From a virus (lineage: Duplodnaviria; Caudoviricetes): DNA of 64,000 nt. A program made the position numbers and the translations under genes. Positions 10,806 through 20,549 of the stretch are shown one piece after another. The notes under the pieces were generated by a model. It searched no databases. It was not told where the DNA came from and saw nothing but the letters and a program-made list of their open reading frames with translations. Numbering within the stretch: the first letter of the stretch is position 1; each line of letters begins with the position of its first letter. Location of the stretch: IMG/VR virus record IMGVR_UViG_3300043093_000048, positions 160,001-224,000 of that record; one strand, written 5' to 3'.

Positions 10806-11420
10806 ATGGCTAAATTTGATCAAAGTTATATTGATGCAATTAATAGATCAGCTAAAGGTATTAATTTAAATACAAGTGATTTATATCAAATTTATAAAGA
10901 AAATAGCACTGAAGAAGCTAATCGAATTATAGAACAAATGGTAAAAGCTAATCAAGAAGCTGTTTTAAGTAATAGTACTAATACTGAAATTAGAGATATA
11001 TCATTAAATGTTACCGACTTTAGAAAATTAGAAACTTATATGAATAAAGAAGCTGTAGCTAGAATGATTCAACATATTTTAATCACCAAGCAAGGAACTT
11101 ATCCAAATAATCCAGATTTTGGTGTAGGTATCGAAGATTATTTATTTGAATTAGCTACTACTAGTGTTAAAGCTGAACTACAATCTGTTATTACAACTCA
11201 AATGAATAAATGGTTAAATAATGAATTAGGTAAAACTGATATAACTACAAAACAAGAAATTCAATTTTTAAGATCAAATAATGATGCATATGTAACTTTA
11301 GCTATTTTTTTCACTGTATATGATACAAATCAAAATGGTAATACAGATGAATATAAAGTTAGTTTATTTTATACTGGTGATTCATCAAATAGAAAAGTTA
11401 TATCCAAGATGGATTTATAA
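10806..11420 (+). CDS. Baseplate wedge protein, gp25/GPW-like
   Basis: ILITKQGTYPNNPDFGVGIEDYLFE signature. Confidence 0.8.
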   Translation: MAKFDQSYIDAINRSAKGINLNTSDLYQIYKENSTEEANRIIEQMVKANQEAVLSNSTNTEIRDISLNVTDFRKLETYMNKEAVARMIQHILITKQGTYPNNPDFGVGIEDYLFELATTSVKAELQSVITTQMNKWLNNELGKTDITTKQEIQFLRSNNDAYVTLAIFFTVYDTNQNGNTDEYKVSLFYTGDSSNRKVISKMDL

Positions 11421-11450
11421 AAAATATATAATTAGAAAGGAATAAATATT

Positions 11451-12722
11451 ATGGCTAAAAAGGTTGCTTTTACACCAGATGATATGGTGAATAATGATAC
11501 TGGTGCTAATCCAGAGATGCTAGCAGCTATGGAACGTGCTAGAAATGAAATGAGTGGAGGTTTAGATCTTAAAGCTCCTTCAACTAATAATGGTGATTCT
11601 TCTTCTACAACTACTAAGAAAAGAAGTACTTCTAAGAAGAATAATACACCTACTAAAAAGGATGGAAGTCTTTCTTCAAGAGAAATTATTACACAGAAGG
11701 AAAAGGCTAATCCTAGTCCTCTTTATATGAGTGATAGACATGAAGTAGTTACTGATATGAAGGTAAAGATTAATGAATTACTTCCTAATATGAATATTGA
11801 TTTAAATAATATTGTAATTTCAGATAGTCTTAATAGTCTTGAAAAGCATACTAACCTTGATTTAGTATTCAATAGCAAGCCTACTTTCCAAGTAGCTTTA
11901 CCTCAGAGTTGTTATACTGTTTATATGGAAGCTCTTAAGTATCAAGATATTGATGCTATTACTACTTCTACAATGGATGAATATCATACTACATTAAAAA
12001 TGTATCAGATTATTCATAGTAGAATGCAGGCTACAAGTATTGGTGCGATTAGTTTTGATACTTTCTGTGAATGTACTTCATTTTTTGATTTACAGAATCT
12101 ATTTTATGGCTTACATATGCAGACATTCCCAGGAACTACTAATTTTGATTTTAAGTGTATTCATTGTCAACATTCATTCTCACAAGCTATTCCAAATGAT
12201 TCTCTTGTATTTAGTAAAGATACAAAGATCTTTGAAAGACTTGAAGAAGTTGCTAAGAATGCAGATACACCTGATAAAGTTAAGGCTGGTTCATTAATTG
12301 CAGAACATAAGAGAATTTGTCTTGATCAGTCTAAAACTATTATTGATATTCGTATTCCATCTCTTAAGGATCAGCTTAATATTCTTAAGTCAACACCTGC
12401 TGATAAAATGGAAGAAATGGCTGATGATTTAGCTACATTATTATTTATCAAGAATGTATTAATTCTTAATGTACCAGAAACTATTGCTAAGAATTCTCCT
12501 GTTTATTATCCAGTAACAGCACAGAATCAGGTTATCAATGTACTTAAGGAATTATCTATTAATGATACAAAGCAGTTAGCAAAGGCAATTGATGAATGGA
12601 CCGATAAGTATAAAACTGAATATAGAATTCCAAGCTTTAAGTGTCCAAGTTGTAAGAAAGAACTAGGCAATATGCCAGTTGACATGGAAAATGTACTTTT
12701 TCGTCTAATGCTCAGCCAATAA
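11451..12722 (+). CDS. Baseplate hub / tail assembly chaperone (T4 gp26/gp51-like) with two CxxC motifs
   Basis: FKCIHCQH, IRIPSLKD, FKCPSCKK; follows gp25-like gene. Confidence 0.6.
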   Translation: MAKKVAFTPDDMVNNDTGANPEMLAAMERARNEMSGGLDLKAPSTNNGDSSSTTTKKRSTSKKNNTPTKKDGSLSSREIITQKEKANPSPLYMSDRHEVVTDMKVKINELLPNMNIDLNNIVISDSLNSLEKHTNLDLVFNSKPTFQVALPQSCYTVYMEALKYQDIDAITTSTMDEYHTTLKMYQIIHSRMQATSIGAISFDTFCECTSFFDLQNLFYGLHMQTFPGTTNFDFKCIHCQHSFSQAIPNDSLVFSKDTKIFERLEEVAKNADTPDKVKAGSLIAEHKRICLDQSKTIIDIRIPSLKDQLNILKSTPADKMEEMADDLATLLFIKNVLILNVPETIAKNSPVYYPVTAQNQVINVLKELSINDTKQLAKAIDEWTDKYKTEYRIPSFKCPSCKKELGNMPVDMENVLFRLMLSQ

Positions 12723-12919
12723 GTAAAGATATTGTTGGAAATGAAAGAGTTAAAGAACAATACAAAAATAGTGCTACATTTTTATTATACTTAGTTGATC
12801 TATTTGAAGGAAAGATATCTATAGATCAATTATTAAATATGGAATACTCTTTATTATTAGCTATGAAAGAAGTCAAAGAAAAGAGTATTGAAGAAAGTAG
12901 AAAGAAATCACAGCATTAA
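12696..12919 (+). CDS. -1 frame extension of the assembly chaperone (probable programmed frameshift product; not in ORF track)
   Basis: -1 frame open 12683-12919 without an early ATG; encodes ...LVDLFEGKISIDQLLNMEYSLLLAMKE...; slippery CTT TTT at 12696-12701. Confidence 0.55.
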
Positions 12920-12965
12920 TGACTGAGCATATATTTTATAATTTATAGAAAGTTGGTTGAATCAT

Positions 12966-13319
12966 ATGATTTATTTTTATTATAATGATCTTTTACAACC
13001 ATCTGACCATTTAGATAAAAGTAAATTGGAAATGTTAACTGATTTTGATAAAGACAATTTCATAGAATCGTTAGGTAAAAAATTCGGATACCAATTTAAT
13101 TGTCTAATAAATATTTTAAATTTAGAAAATATCCCTTATGATGTTATAAAGGGATTTAATTATATATCAGACGATAGAGAAATTTGTAATTTTGAAAAAA
13201 TATCGTTTGAATTTAATAATTCAAACGATATTAATGATATTATAGATAAATATGGTTTAGATGGTATATTCAATATAGATAAAGAAAATAATAATTATAC
13301 ATTTATTATAAAACATTAA
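12966..13319 (+). CDS. Hypothetical protein
   Basis: ORF filling the gap before the chaperonin gene. Confidence 0.6.
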   Translation: MIYFYYNDLLQPSDHLDKSKLEMLTDFDKDNFIESLGKKFGYQFNCLINILNLENIPYDVIKGFNYISDDREICNFEKISFEFNNSNDINDIIDKYGLDGIFNIDKENNNYTFIIKH

Positions 13320-13331
13320 GGAGTTAATAAT

Positions 13332-15038
13332 ATGGAGAATAAACTTATATCAAGTAATTCTTCAAATATTGTTGAAGAAAATGATTATAGAAATATTTCT
13401 GAAAAGACTTTAGAAACTATTGCTAATAGCTTAAGAAATTCTTTAGGTTATTATGGTTCTTCAACTATTATTGAAGATAAAGTTAATGGACATGTTGCAA
13501 CTAAAGACGGTTATACTATTTTATCATCTTTAAAGTTTGAAAGTCCTTTAGCTACAACTATTTATGAAATTATTAAGAAAATTTCATTTAATTTAGTACA
13601 AACTGTAGGTGATGGAAGTACTTCTTCAGTAGTTATAGCACAATCATTATTTACAGTATTAAATAATGCTATGAAGGATGATGGAGTACTTAGTAAGTAT
13701 TCACCTAAAGAAATCTTTGATACATTAAAATCTATTGAAGGAATTATTTCAAAAGGTGTTAAAGAAATGGCTACACCTATTGATGAAGATAATTTTGATA
13801 TTATTAGAAAGATTGCCGAAGTATCTAATAATAATGATGCTAAAGTAGGTTCTAATATTTATGATATTTATAAGGTTATTGGAAATGATGGTTTTATTTA
13901 TTTAGAGAATTCTAATGATTCTGAAGATCATTTTAAATATTTAAATGGTCTTGAATTTGCTACAGGAATGATTGCAGAGGATTTTTCAAATAATAAGAAT
14001 AAACCAGAATGTAATTTTAAAGAACCTTTTATTTTTATGTGCAATGATAGATTAGATTCTACTGACTTAAATTATATGGTAGATTCTATAGGTAATTTAG
14101 TTGCTAGACATACTAAACCTATGGTTATTATTGCTAAAAGCTTTTCAGCAGAATTTGTTTCTTGCTGGATCATAAATAAAAAGCAAAATCCTGATTTTAA
14201 TATTTGTTTAGTTGATTTTAATTTTGCTAATAAAAATCAAGAAGAAATATTTAAGGATATTGCTTTATATACTAAGAGTACTATCTATGATAAGACTTTT
14301 AATTCAGCAGATGATTTTAAAAAGAATTTTTATACTATGTTAGGTTCTTGCGATGAAATTTCTATTAGTAATAAAACTACTAAGCTAGTTGGTCGTAAAT
14401 GTTCTGATAAAGAACTTGAAGATCGTGTCAAGTATATTGATGAAGAGATTCAAAAGTTTAAAGACCTTAAGGATGAATCATTCGATAGTAGAATTTTCCA
14501 ATTAGAAACTAGAAAAGCTAATTTAAATTCTACAATTGTTAAATATTATGTAGGTGGGGATACTGAATTAGAAAAGAATAATCGTAAGTATCTAATTGAA
14601 GATAGTATTTTTGCTTGTAAAGCAGCTTTAGAAACTGGTTATGTTTGTGGTGGTAACTTAGCTATTCCAAAGTTTATTAATACTTATATGAATACAACTG
14701 ATATGAGTAGTTTAGAATTTAGTAATACTTATAAGAATAAAACTGAGATAAATAGCTTAGAAAATATTTTATTTAAATTAATTAAAGAATCTTTCATTCA
14801 ATGTTATAAATACGTTTTAATTAATGCTTCTATACCTTCAAATGACATTAATGATATCATTGAGCAATGTGTTAATAACGATGTTATTTATAATCTTAAG
14901 ACAAAGCGATATGAAACTGAAAAGGAAACTTATATTGTAAATTCAGCTAAGACTGAAATTGAAATACTAAAAGCGGTAATTAGCATTATTGGTATTCTAG
15001 TAACATCTAATCAATTTATTTGTAAGAGCTTAGTTTAA
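13332..15038 (+). CDS. groEL: Phage GroEL-like chaperonin
   Basis: SLGYYG, TKDGYTI, VGDGSTS, VGGDTELE, GYVCGG motifs; 568 aa. Confidence 0.92.
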   Translation: MENKLISSNSSNIVEENDYRNISEKTLETIANSLRNSLGYYGSSTIIEDKVNGHVATKDGYTILSSLKFESPLATTIYEIIKKISFNLVQTVGDGSTSSVVIAQSLFTVLNNAMKDDGVLSKYSPKEIFDTLKSIEGIISKGVKEMATPIDEDNFDIIRKIAEVSNNNDAKVGSNIYDIYKVIGNDGFIYLENSNDSEDHFKYLNGLEFATGMIAEDFSNNKNKPECNFKEPFIFMCNDRLDSTDLNYMVDSIGNLVARHTKPMVIIAKSFSAEFVSCWIINKKQNPDFNICLVDFNFANKNQEEIFKDIALYTKSTIYDKTFNSADDFKKNFYTMLGSCDEISISNKTTKLVGRKCSDKELEDRVKYIDEEIQKFKDLKDESFDSRIFQLETRKANLNSTIVKYYVGGDTELEKNNRKYLIEDSIFACKAALETGYVCGGNLAIPKFINTYMNTTDMSSLEFSNTYKNKTEINSLENILFKLIKESFIQCYKYVLINASIPSNDINDIIEQCVNNDVIYNLKTKRYETEKETYIVNSAKTEIEILKAVISIIGILVTSNQFICKSLV

Positions 15039-15047
15039 TTTATTTTT

Positions 15048-15085
15048 TACTCTAAAGGAAGAAAATTCCTTTAGAGTATTTTTTT
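15048..15085 (+). terminator. Intrinsic terminator
   Basis: TACTCTAAAGGAA/TTCCTTTAGAGTA + T7. Confidence 0.85.
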
Positions 15086-15090
15086 AAGTA

Positions 15091-15098
15091 TATATTAT
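15091..15098 (+). promoter_or_regulatory. Early promoter TATATTAT
   Basis: Recurring motif right after a terminator. Confidence 0.6.
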
Positions 15099-15156
15099 AG
15101 CTTTGATTATTAAATTATTTATAATCAAAATAAATATTATAATGAGGTGTATACTT

Positions 15157-15348
15157 ATGAATAAAATTAAAATTAAAGATTTTGAACGAGTACTTAACGA
15201 AAATAATTTTATATATGTACGATGTAAAGGAGGACATCGAATATATAAAAGGACTACCGATAATGCTATTTTTGTATTGCCAGGTCATAAAGGAAAGGAA
15301 GTGAATGGTGTTATCATGTGTAATTTCAAAAGAAAATACTTAACTTAA
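15157..15348 (+). CDS. HicA-family mRNA interferase-like protein
   Basis: 63 aa; ERVLNENNFIYVRCKGGHRIYK...VLPGH..KEV matches HicA GSH/VPxH pattern; GAGGT RBS. Confidence 0.75.
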   Translation: MNKIKIKDFERVLNENNFIYVRCKGGHRIYKRTTDNAIFVLPGHKGKEVNGVIMCNFKRKYLT

Positions 15349-15408
15349 TAAAATAAAAATTCATATGCTAAAAATTATTAAATTTAATTCTCAGGAGGAA
15401 AAAAAGAT

Positions 15409-16449
15409 ATGAACAGTGTATTTTCAAATAGAATTTGTATGTTAAATGATGGAAAGGTTATTTGGGAAAATTATAATGAAGAAAAAGATTATGTTAAAAA
15501 TATTATATTGAATAATGATAATATTTTTCTTATAATTGATAAATTCAATAAGGGCTATGATATTTCCGAAATATTTTCAGAATTTATGTCAACTGATAAT
15601 AATTGTCATTTAATTTATGATAATGATTATAACGTTAAAAAATCATATAATGAAGTAAAAACATATGACGAGATTTTTAAACTAATATCAACTGATATTT
15701 TAAATGATGTAATTGATTGGGATATAATTAATGATATTGTAAAAATAATTAATGATATTAATGATTATGGAAAGAAACTTTGTAATAATAGACATTTTTC
15801 AGATTTATTAAAAGAATATTGTGATGTTGATGATGTTAAATTAAATTTAGAAAACATTGATGAATCAGAAAGAGAAACTAATAAATTTGATAAATTTAAA
15901 AATCAAGTAATAAATGATATAAAAGATTATTGTAAAAAAAGAAAAGTTGATATTGATTATGAAGATGACAATCCAAAAATTCCTATTGTACCATCTGATA
16001 TAAATAAAGATTCATGGGATATTTTAAAAAATTTTTACAATCCAGCCGACTATAAAAAATGCTCTAATAGTTATTATAATTCACCAACTTATTATGAAAA
16101 ACGTGCTACAATGTTTTTATATAATTGTTATTATTATGATAATTATATTAGCAATTATTCAAATTATTTTATATTATTCTTTATAACAGAACAAATGGAT
16201 GTAAAAAAAATTACAAAAGAAAATTTGTCTAATACATCAATGATTATTAATTTATCACTTTTAGCTAAAAGCTTAGAAGAGGGTAATGTTCTAAAAATGA
16301 TAAAAGATTTTTTGTTAGATGTTATTAACTATTTAGATTATAATTTTGATAGATTAAACGATAATTTATACAATCAATATAGTTGTATAAATTATTTAAT
16401 GAATATTAATAAAACTTGTAATGAAATGTATTCTTTATTTAATGAATGA
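15409..16449 (+). CDS. Hypothetical early protein
   Basis: 346 aa, AGGAGG RBS. Confidence 0.7.
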   Translation: MNSVFSNRICMLNDGKVIWENYNEEKDYVKNIILNNDNIFLIIDKFNKGYDISEIFSEFMSTDNNCHLIYDNDYNVKKSYNEVKTYDEIFKLISTDILNDVIDWDIINDIVKIINDINDYGKKLCNNRHFSDLLKEYCDVDDVKLNLENIDESERETNKFDKFKNQVINDIKDYCKKRKVDIDYEDDNPKIPIVPSDINKDSWDILKNFYNPADYKKCSNSYYNSPTYYEKRATMFLYNCYYYDNYISNYSNYFILFFITEQMDVKKITKENLSNTSMIINLSLLAKSLEEGNVLKMIKDFLLDVINYLDYNFDRLNDNLYNQYSCINYLMNINKTCNEMYSLFNE

Positions 16450-16463
16450 AAGGAAATGACTTT

Positions 16464-17003
16464 ATGTTTACTAATATAAAAGAAAAGAAGCCAAAAGAAG
16501 AAGGTTTATACGTTTGTAGAATTCTTAATGATGATGGCTCAATTGATTATCGAATTGATGAATATCGCATTCCTACAGTATTTGAAGAAAAATATGAAGG
16601 AATAGTAGAAGGATTCCAAAAGGATTTCGGTAGTCTTTTAAAGACTGAAGGTTATATGAAAATATCAGATGATTATGAAAAGCATATCATAAAATTTGAT
16701 AAGAATGGAGTATCTTCTATATTTATTAAAGGTGAAGAATTTAATCTTCAATTAGGTAATTGTAAATTAATTAATGGAGATACTAATCCAAAGATTTATG
16801 AATATCCATTAATTGGTTATTATGGAGATACTACTATTAATTCTTATATTGATATTTATTGCTTTAATGATAAAACAAATAAAGTAGTAGTTCCTGAAAG
16901 TGAATTCACTAAAATCATAGAAGAATCAGGTGATGAAACTTTAAAAGAATATATGAATAAGTATTTTAGTATAAATATTTTAGACTTATTTAATAACAGA
17001 TAA
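16464..17003 (+). CDS. Hypothetical protein
   Basis: ATG after AAGGA; N-terminal KPKEEGLYVC motif common in phage early genes. Confidence 0.65.
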   Translation: MFTNIKEKKPKEEGLYVCRILNDDGSIDYRIDEYRIPTVFEEKYEGIVEGFQKDFGSLLKTEGYMKISDDYEKHIIKFDKNGVSSIFIKGEEFNLQLGNCKLINGDTNPKIYEYPLIGYYGDTTINSYIDIYCFNDKTNKVVVPESEFTKIIEESGDETLKEYMNKYFSINILDLFNNR

Positions 17004-17030
17004 AAAAAACTTTTAAAATTATTTTAATTT

Positions 17031-17079
17031 GGTTACCATATTGTATTTAATTTATACAATATGGTAATCTTTTTTTTTT
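17031..17079 (+). terminator. Intrinsic terminator
   Basis: GGTTACCATATTGTAT/ATACAATATGGTAATC + T run. Confidence 0.8.
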
Positions 17080-17118
17080 GGAACTTTTTATTATATTTTA
17101 TAAGAAGGAAGTGATTTT

Positions 17119-17796
17119 ATGGCTAATAATTCTAGATTACAACTTAATCCAGAAGATTTGGATAAAGAATATAATATGCTAGAATCTGAATTAGAATCAT
17201 TAGATTTATTATTTAATGATGCTAAAGCAAGATTAGATGCTATGTCAAAATATCCTACAAAATCTAATCCTGTTTTCATGGCTTCTCAAACAGCTAATTT
17301 AATTTCTATTAAAGAAAAACGTTTAAATATAATTAAAGAATTAACTAATATTAAAAAATCTAAAATGGATATGGAACTTAAAATGTTTACAGCTAATAAT
17401 AAACTTGAAGATCAAAGTACAGGTGTTAGTAAAGAAATTCTTGACATTTATAGACTACTTAACAAAAATGATAAAAGTACTTTATTAGAAGAAACTATTA
17501 ATGATAATAAAGAAGAATTAATTAATGAACCAAGTGATGAAGAAATTGATAGAATATTTAAAGAAAGATTATCTGAAGATGAAAAAGAAAAGAAAGATCA
17601 GACTAAATTAGAGCAAACTTTACCTGATGAATATAGTATTGTATGTACTAAAGATAAGACATTATATATTATAGATGAAGATTATAATATTATTGATGAT
17701 TGTAATTTTGACACTTCAGTTATTAATATAGTTAAAGTTGAAGATGAATATGCATATGATGAAGATAATAATACATATGAGGTGGTGGAAATATGA
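17119..17796 (+). CDS. Hypothetical coiled-coil protein (late)
   Basis: 225 aa; AACT-N6-TA at 17082-17093. Confidence 0.7.
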   Translation: MANNSRLQLNPEDLDKEYNMLESELESLDLLFNDAKARLDAMSKYPTKSNPVFMASQTANLISIKEKRLNIIKELTNIKKSKMDMELKMFTANNKLEDQSTGVSKEILDIYRLLNKNDKSTLLEETINDNKEELINEPSDEEIDRIFKERLSEDEKEKKDQTKLEQTLPDEYSIVCTKDKTLYIIDEDYNIIDDCNFDTSVINIVKVEDEYAYDEDNNTYEVVEI

Positions 17797-18212
17797 ATAG
17801 TTCTAATTATTTAGTAGAAGGTATAATCCAAAATATTAAATTAAAAAATAAAATGAAAAAAGATGCTGCTGCTCAAAATAAAAAAAGCAATGAAAGACAG
17901 TTAAAATATATTGCATATCAACAACGTGGTGGTAAATTAAGTATTGAAAATTTTGAAGATCCAGAAATGTTACAATATGAAAAAGATCACAATAAAAATC
18001 CTAAGTTATATAAAAACTTTAAAACATGGAAAAAGATTAAATATCAAGAAGCTACTGATAAAGCTAACTTAGAAGAAAAGATTTCTAAGAATAAAAGAAG
18101 AAGAGCACAGGCGGAGCATGAAAGTTCTATAGCGGAAAAAAATAGAATTAAAAATAAACAAATGGAAAGTTATATGGAAGGATATCGAGATGCTTTGTTA
18201 GAAATTTTATAA
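17793..18212 (+). CDS. Small basic putative head protein (family with 60117 and 61969)
   Basis: YLVE/G near N-terminus, YxxYxxxGGKxSxExF, C-terminal YMEGYRDA. Confidence 0.55.
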   Translation: MNSSNYLVEGIIQNIKLKNKMKKDAAAQNKKSNERQLKYIAYQQRGGKLSIENFEDPEMLQYEKDHNKNPKLYKNFKTWKKIKYQEATDKANLEEKISKNKRRRAQAEHESSIAEKNRIKNKQMESYMEGYRDALLEIL

Positions 18213-18218
18213 TACTTA

Positions 18219-18256
18219 AATATTCCTATAGAGAAAATAATCTCTATAGGAATATT
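18219..18256 (+). terminator. Terminator hairpin
   Basis: AATATTCCTATAGAGA/TCTCTATAGGAATATT. Confidence 0.75.
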
Positions 18257-18287
18257 ATTAAATCGTATTAAATCATATATTTGTATA

Positions 18288-18295
18288 TATATTAT
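18288..18295 (+). promoter_or_regulatory. Early promoter TATATTAT
   Basis: Recurring motif. Confidence 0.6.
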
Positions 18296-18299
18296 AATT

Positions 18300-18450
18300 G
18301 TGAATAAAGTAAATAATTACTTTAATTCATACATTAGAGTGGTATTTAATTCTAGTAGCTCTTAATAAATACTAGAGTTTATATGTTCCCTTGAAGAAAC
18401 TCATTGCCTGAAAAGATAGGGCGACTGATATGAGATAACAGAGTAGGGGT
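18300..18450 (+). ncRNA. Candidate structured 5' leader RNA
   Basis: Three successive hairpins, including nested CCCTT..CTCAT..GCCT/AGGGC..ATGAG..AGGGG. Confidence 0.4.
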
Positions 18451-18482
18451 AAAATAATATAAATAATATCTTGGAGGCTATT

Positions 18483-18731
18483 ATGGCTAACTTCAATTCT
18501 ACAAAGAAAAACTACAATAAGGGTTACAACAATGGATATTGCAATGGTAAGAATGTCGGTACTATTGTTGGATTGGCTGTTGGAGCATCTATTGGAGCTT
18601 GCTTTGGAGCAATGATTTCAGGTCTTTCTCATGATGTCAGTGACATCAGAGAATATGACCGTATTAATCATGATGCTGAAAAGCTTATTGAGAGACAGGA
18701 GAGATTGAATAATATTTATAGAAATAAGTAA
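18483..18731 (+). CDS. Small single-pass membrane protein (82 aa)
   Basis: GGAGG RBS at 18473; GxxxG-rich helix VGTIVGLAVGASIGACFGAMISGL. Confidence 0.7.
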   Translation: MANFNSTKKNYNKGYNNGYCNGKNVGTIVGLAVGASIGACFGAMISGLSHDVSDIREYDRINHDAEKLIERQERLNNIYRNK

Positions 18732-18766
18732 TTCAGTTTTCTTCTAGCTCTAAAAAAAAAATGTAT

Positions 18767-18826
18767 GTGGGCGCTGCTGCGATATAAAAATTATATCATG
18801 GTTCTGCAGCGCCTACTTTTTTTTTT
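18767..18826 (+). terminator. GC-rich intrinsic terminator
   Basis: GTGGGCGCTGC/GCAGCGCCTAC + T10. Confidence 0.85.
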
Positions 18827-18895
18827 GTATATAAAAATTTTTATATATAAAAACTACTATTTATTATAAATTTTTTTATAGGAAGGTGTAAAATT

Positions 18896-19633
18896 ATGCT
18901 TAAATTTTTAGAACAAGATGGAGATTCTATTAGATTTACTGGAGATATTTTAAATGTATATATACCAAAAAATTATTTTGAATCTAATATAGCTGTTTAT
19001 AATGGTAATGAAGTAAATACTATAGCATATTTCTTTTTTGAAGTAAAATCATTTGCTATGGAAGAAAAAGATGAAATGGGTCATATTTATACATTTAAAC
19101 TTCCATCTAGAATTGTATTTGAATTTGATGATAAAAATTCTAAAACTTTAAATATTAAAGATACTGGTGATATTCAATATGATGTATTAACAATGAATCG
19201 TGGTTCTATATTTGTTAAGAATATTAATGTAGAAGAATCTGGTAAAAATGCTGGTGACTTTTTAAATATGTTATTATATGGAAGATTTTTACCATTAATA
19301 CCATATGAAGAAATTGTTAAAATTTTTATGGAAAATATGTCTATTAATAAAATGGATTTAGGTTGCCAGAATATAATATATGAAATGATGATCGGTGAAT
19401 TAATGAGAAATAAGAAAAATGTTAAAGAGCCTTTTAGAAAAGCTATTAATAAGCAAAATATTAATTCAATTGATTATAAAAATATTAATCTTAAAAATAT
19501 TGCATTCTTTAACAGTACTTATACTGCAATTGGATTTGAAGATTTTAATAAGGCAATGATTACTTCTACTGCTAAAAATATTAATAATGAAAAAGAAATT
19601 ATTTCTCCCGTTGAAAAGATTCTTAAATATTAA
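18896..19633 (+). CDS. Virion RNA polymerase beta' C-terminal fragment (phiKZ gp96-type)
   Basis: IYEMMIGELMR ~ HIEVIVRQMLR and NSTYTAIGFEDFNKAMITS ~ ESFISAASFQETTRVLTEA of the RpoC C-terminus; late promoter 18852-18863. Confidence 0.65.
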   Translation: MLKFLEQDGDSIRFTGDILNVYIPKNYFESNIAVYNGNEVNTIAYFFFEVKSFAMEEKDEMGHIYTFKLPSRIVFEFDDKNSKTLNIKDTGDIQYDVLTMNRGSIFVKNINVEESGKNAGDFLNMLLYGRFLPLIPYEEIVKIFMENMSINKMDLGCQNIIYEMMIGELMRNKKNVKEPFRKAINKQNINSIDYKNINLKNIAFFNSTYTAIGFEDFNKAMITSTAKNINNEKEIISPVEKILKY

Positions 19634-19639
19634 AAATTT

Positions 19640-19664
19640 CCCTATAGAGTTAATCTCTATAGGG
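19640..19664. terminator. Bidirectional terminator
   Basis: CCCTATAGAG/CTCTATAGGG. Confidence 0.8.
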
Positions 19665-19672
19665 TTATTATT

Positions 19673-20452
19673 TTATTTGTTACAATATTTCTTAATAATA
19701 AGATTCTGTACTTTATAAATCTTATTAGAATTAAAAGCAACATCTAAAATATTCTTTTTAAAATTATCACCATAACTAATATCTACAAAATCATTATCAA
19801 TAAAAATTTTAGTACACCAGAAATTACATTCAATCATTGGATCATTAGCAATCATTAATTCAATTAAATCTTCAGCATATAATTTATATTCTTTAATAGT
19901 TTCAATGTTTTCTAAGAAATTATAAATTTGATTTAAATATTCGTTAGGAATAATTCCTTTAAAATTAATATAAGTCTGATCCTTAGTATTAATAGTTCTA
20001 TTAGGAAATTCTTTAATGTGATCTATAAAATAATTATAAAATAAACTTTCTATACCATCTTCTATATAATTAATTAAGAAATTATAAATCATATGAATAT
20101 AATGAATTTTATCATCAATAAGTAAGCTTTCACTAAATGTAATTTTAAAATCAAATTTATTTTCAATATTATTTAAAATATCAATAATAATTTCTTCTAC
20201 TGTCTGTTCTAAGCTAGGAATAAATTCTTCATTATCTTTATATTTTTCTTTAAGAAATTTATATTTCTGTATAAAACTTTCAAATACGTCACTACTATTT
20301 CTAGGAGGTTCATCTTCATCAAAAATTCTATCAATCTGTTGATTAATTGTATCTAAAGAAATCTCTGAAGAAAGATTACTTAAAATATCCTTTTGGTCAT
20401 AATTGCTTAAACTAGTATCTTCTTTTTCACTAAGCATCATTATAGTTTCCAC
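19673..20452 (-). CDS. Hypothetical protein (late; start probably ATG 20440)
   Basis: 259-aa ORF; AACA-N6-TA at 20468-20479. Confidence 0.7.
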   Translation of the reverse strand: METIMMLSEKEDTSLSNYDQKDILSNLSSEISLDTINQQIDRIFDEDEPPRNSSDVFESFIQKYKFLKEKYKDNEEFIPSLEQTVEEIIIDILNNIENKFDFKITFSESLLIDDKIHYIHMIYNFLINYIEDGIESLFYNYFIDHIKEFPNRTINTKDQTYINFKGIIPNEYLNQIYNFLENIETIKEYKLYAEDLIELMIANDPMIECNFWCTKIFIDNDFVDISYGDNFKKNILDVAFNSNKIYKVQNLIIKKYCNK

Positions 20453-20549
20453 CTTTCATTTATAAATTATTAAGTTGTTATATTTAATTTTTTATATTAA
20501 AATTTATAATTAACTAATTAATTAGTATTTTAAATAAGGAGTGAAATAA

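Noticed and set aside
18390-18450. Hammerhead-like CTGA/GAAA strings
   Set aside because: CTGATATGA does not fit CUGANGA, and the stems are not arranged as a hammerhead.
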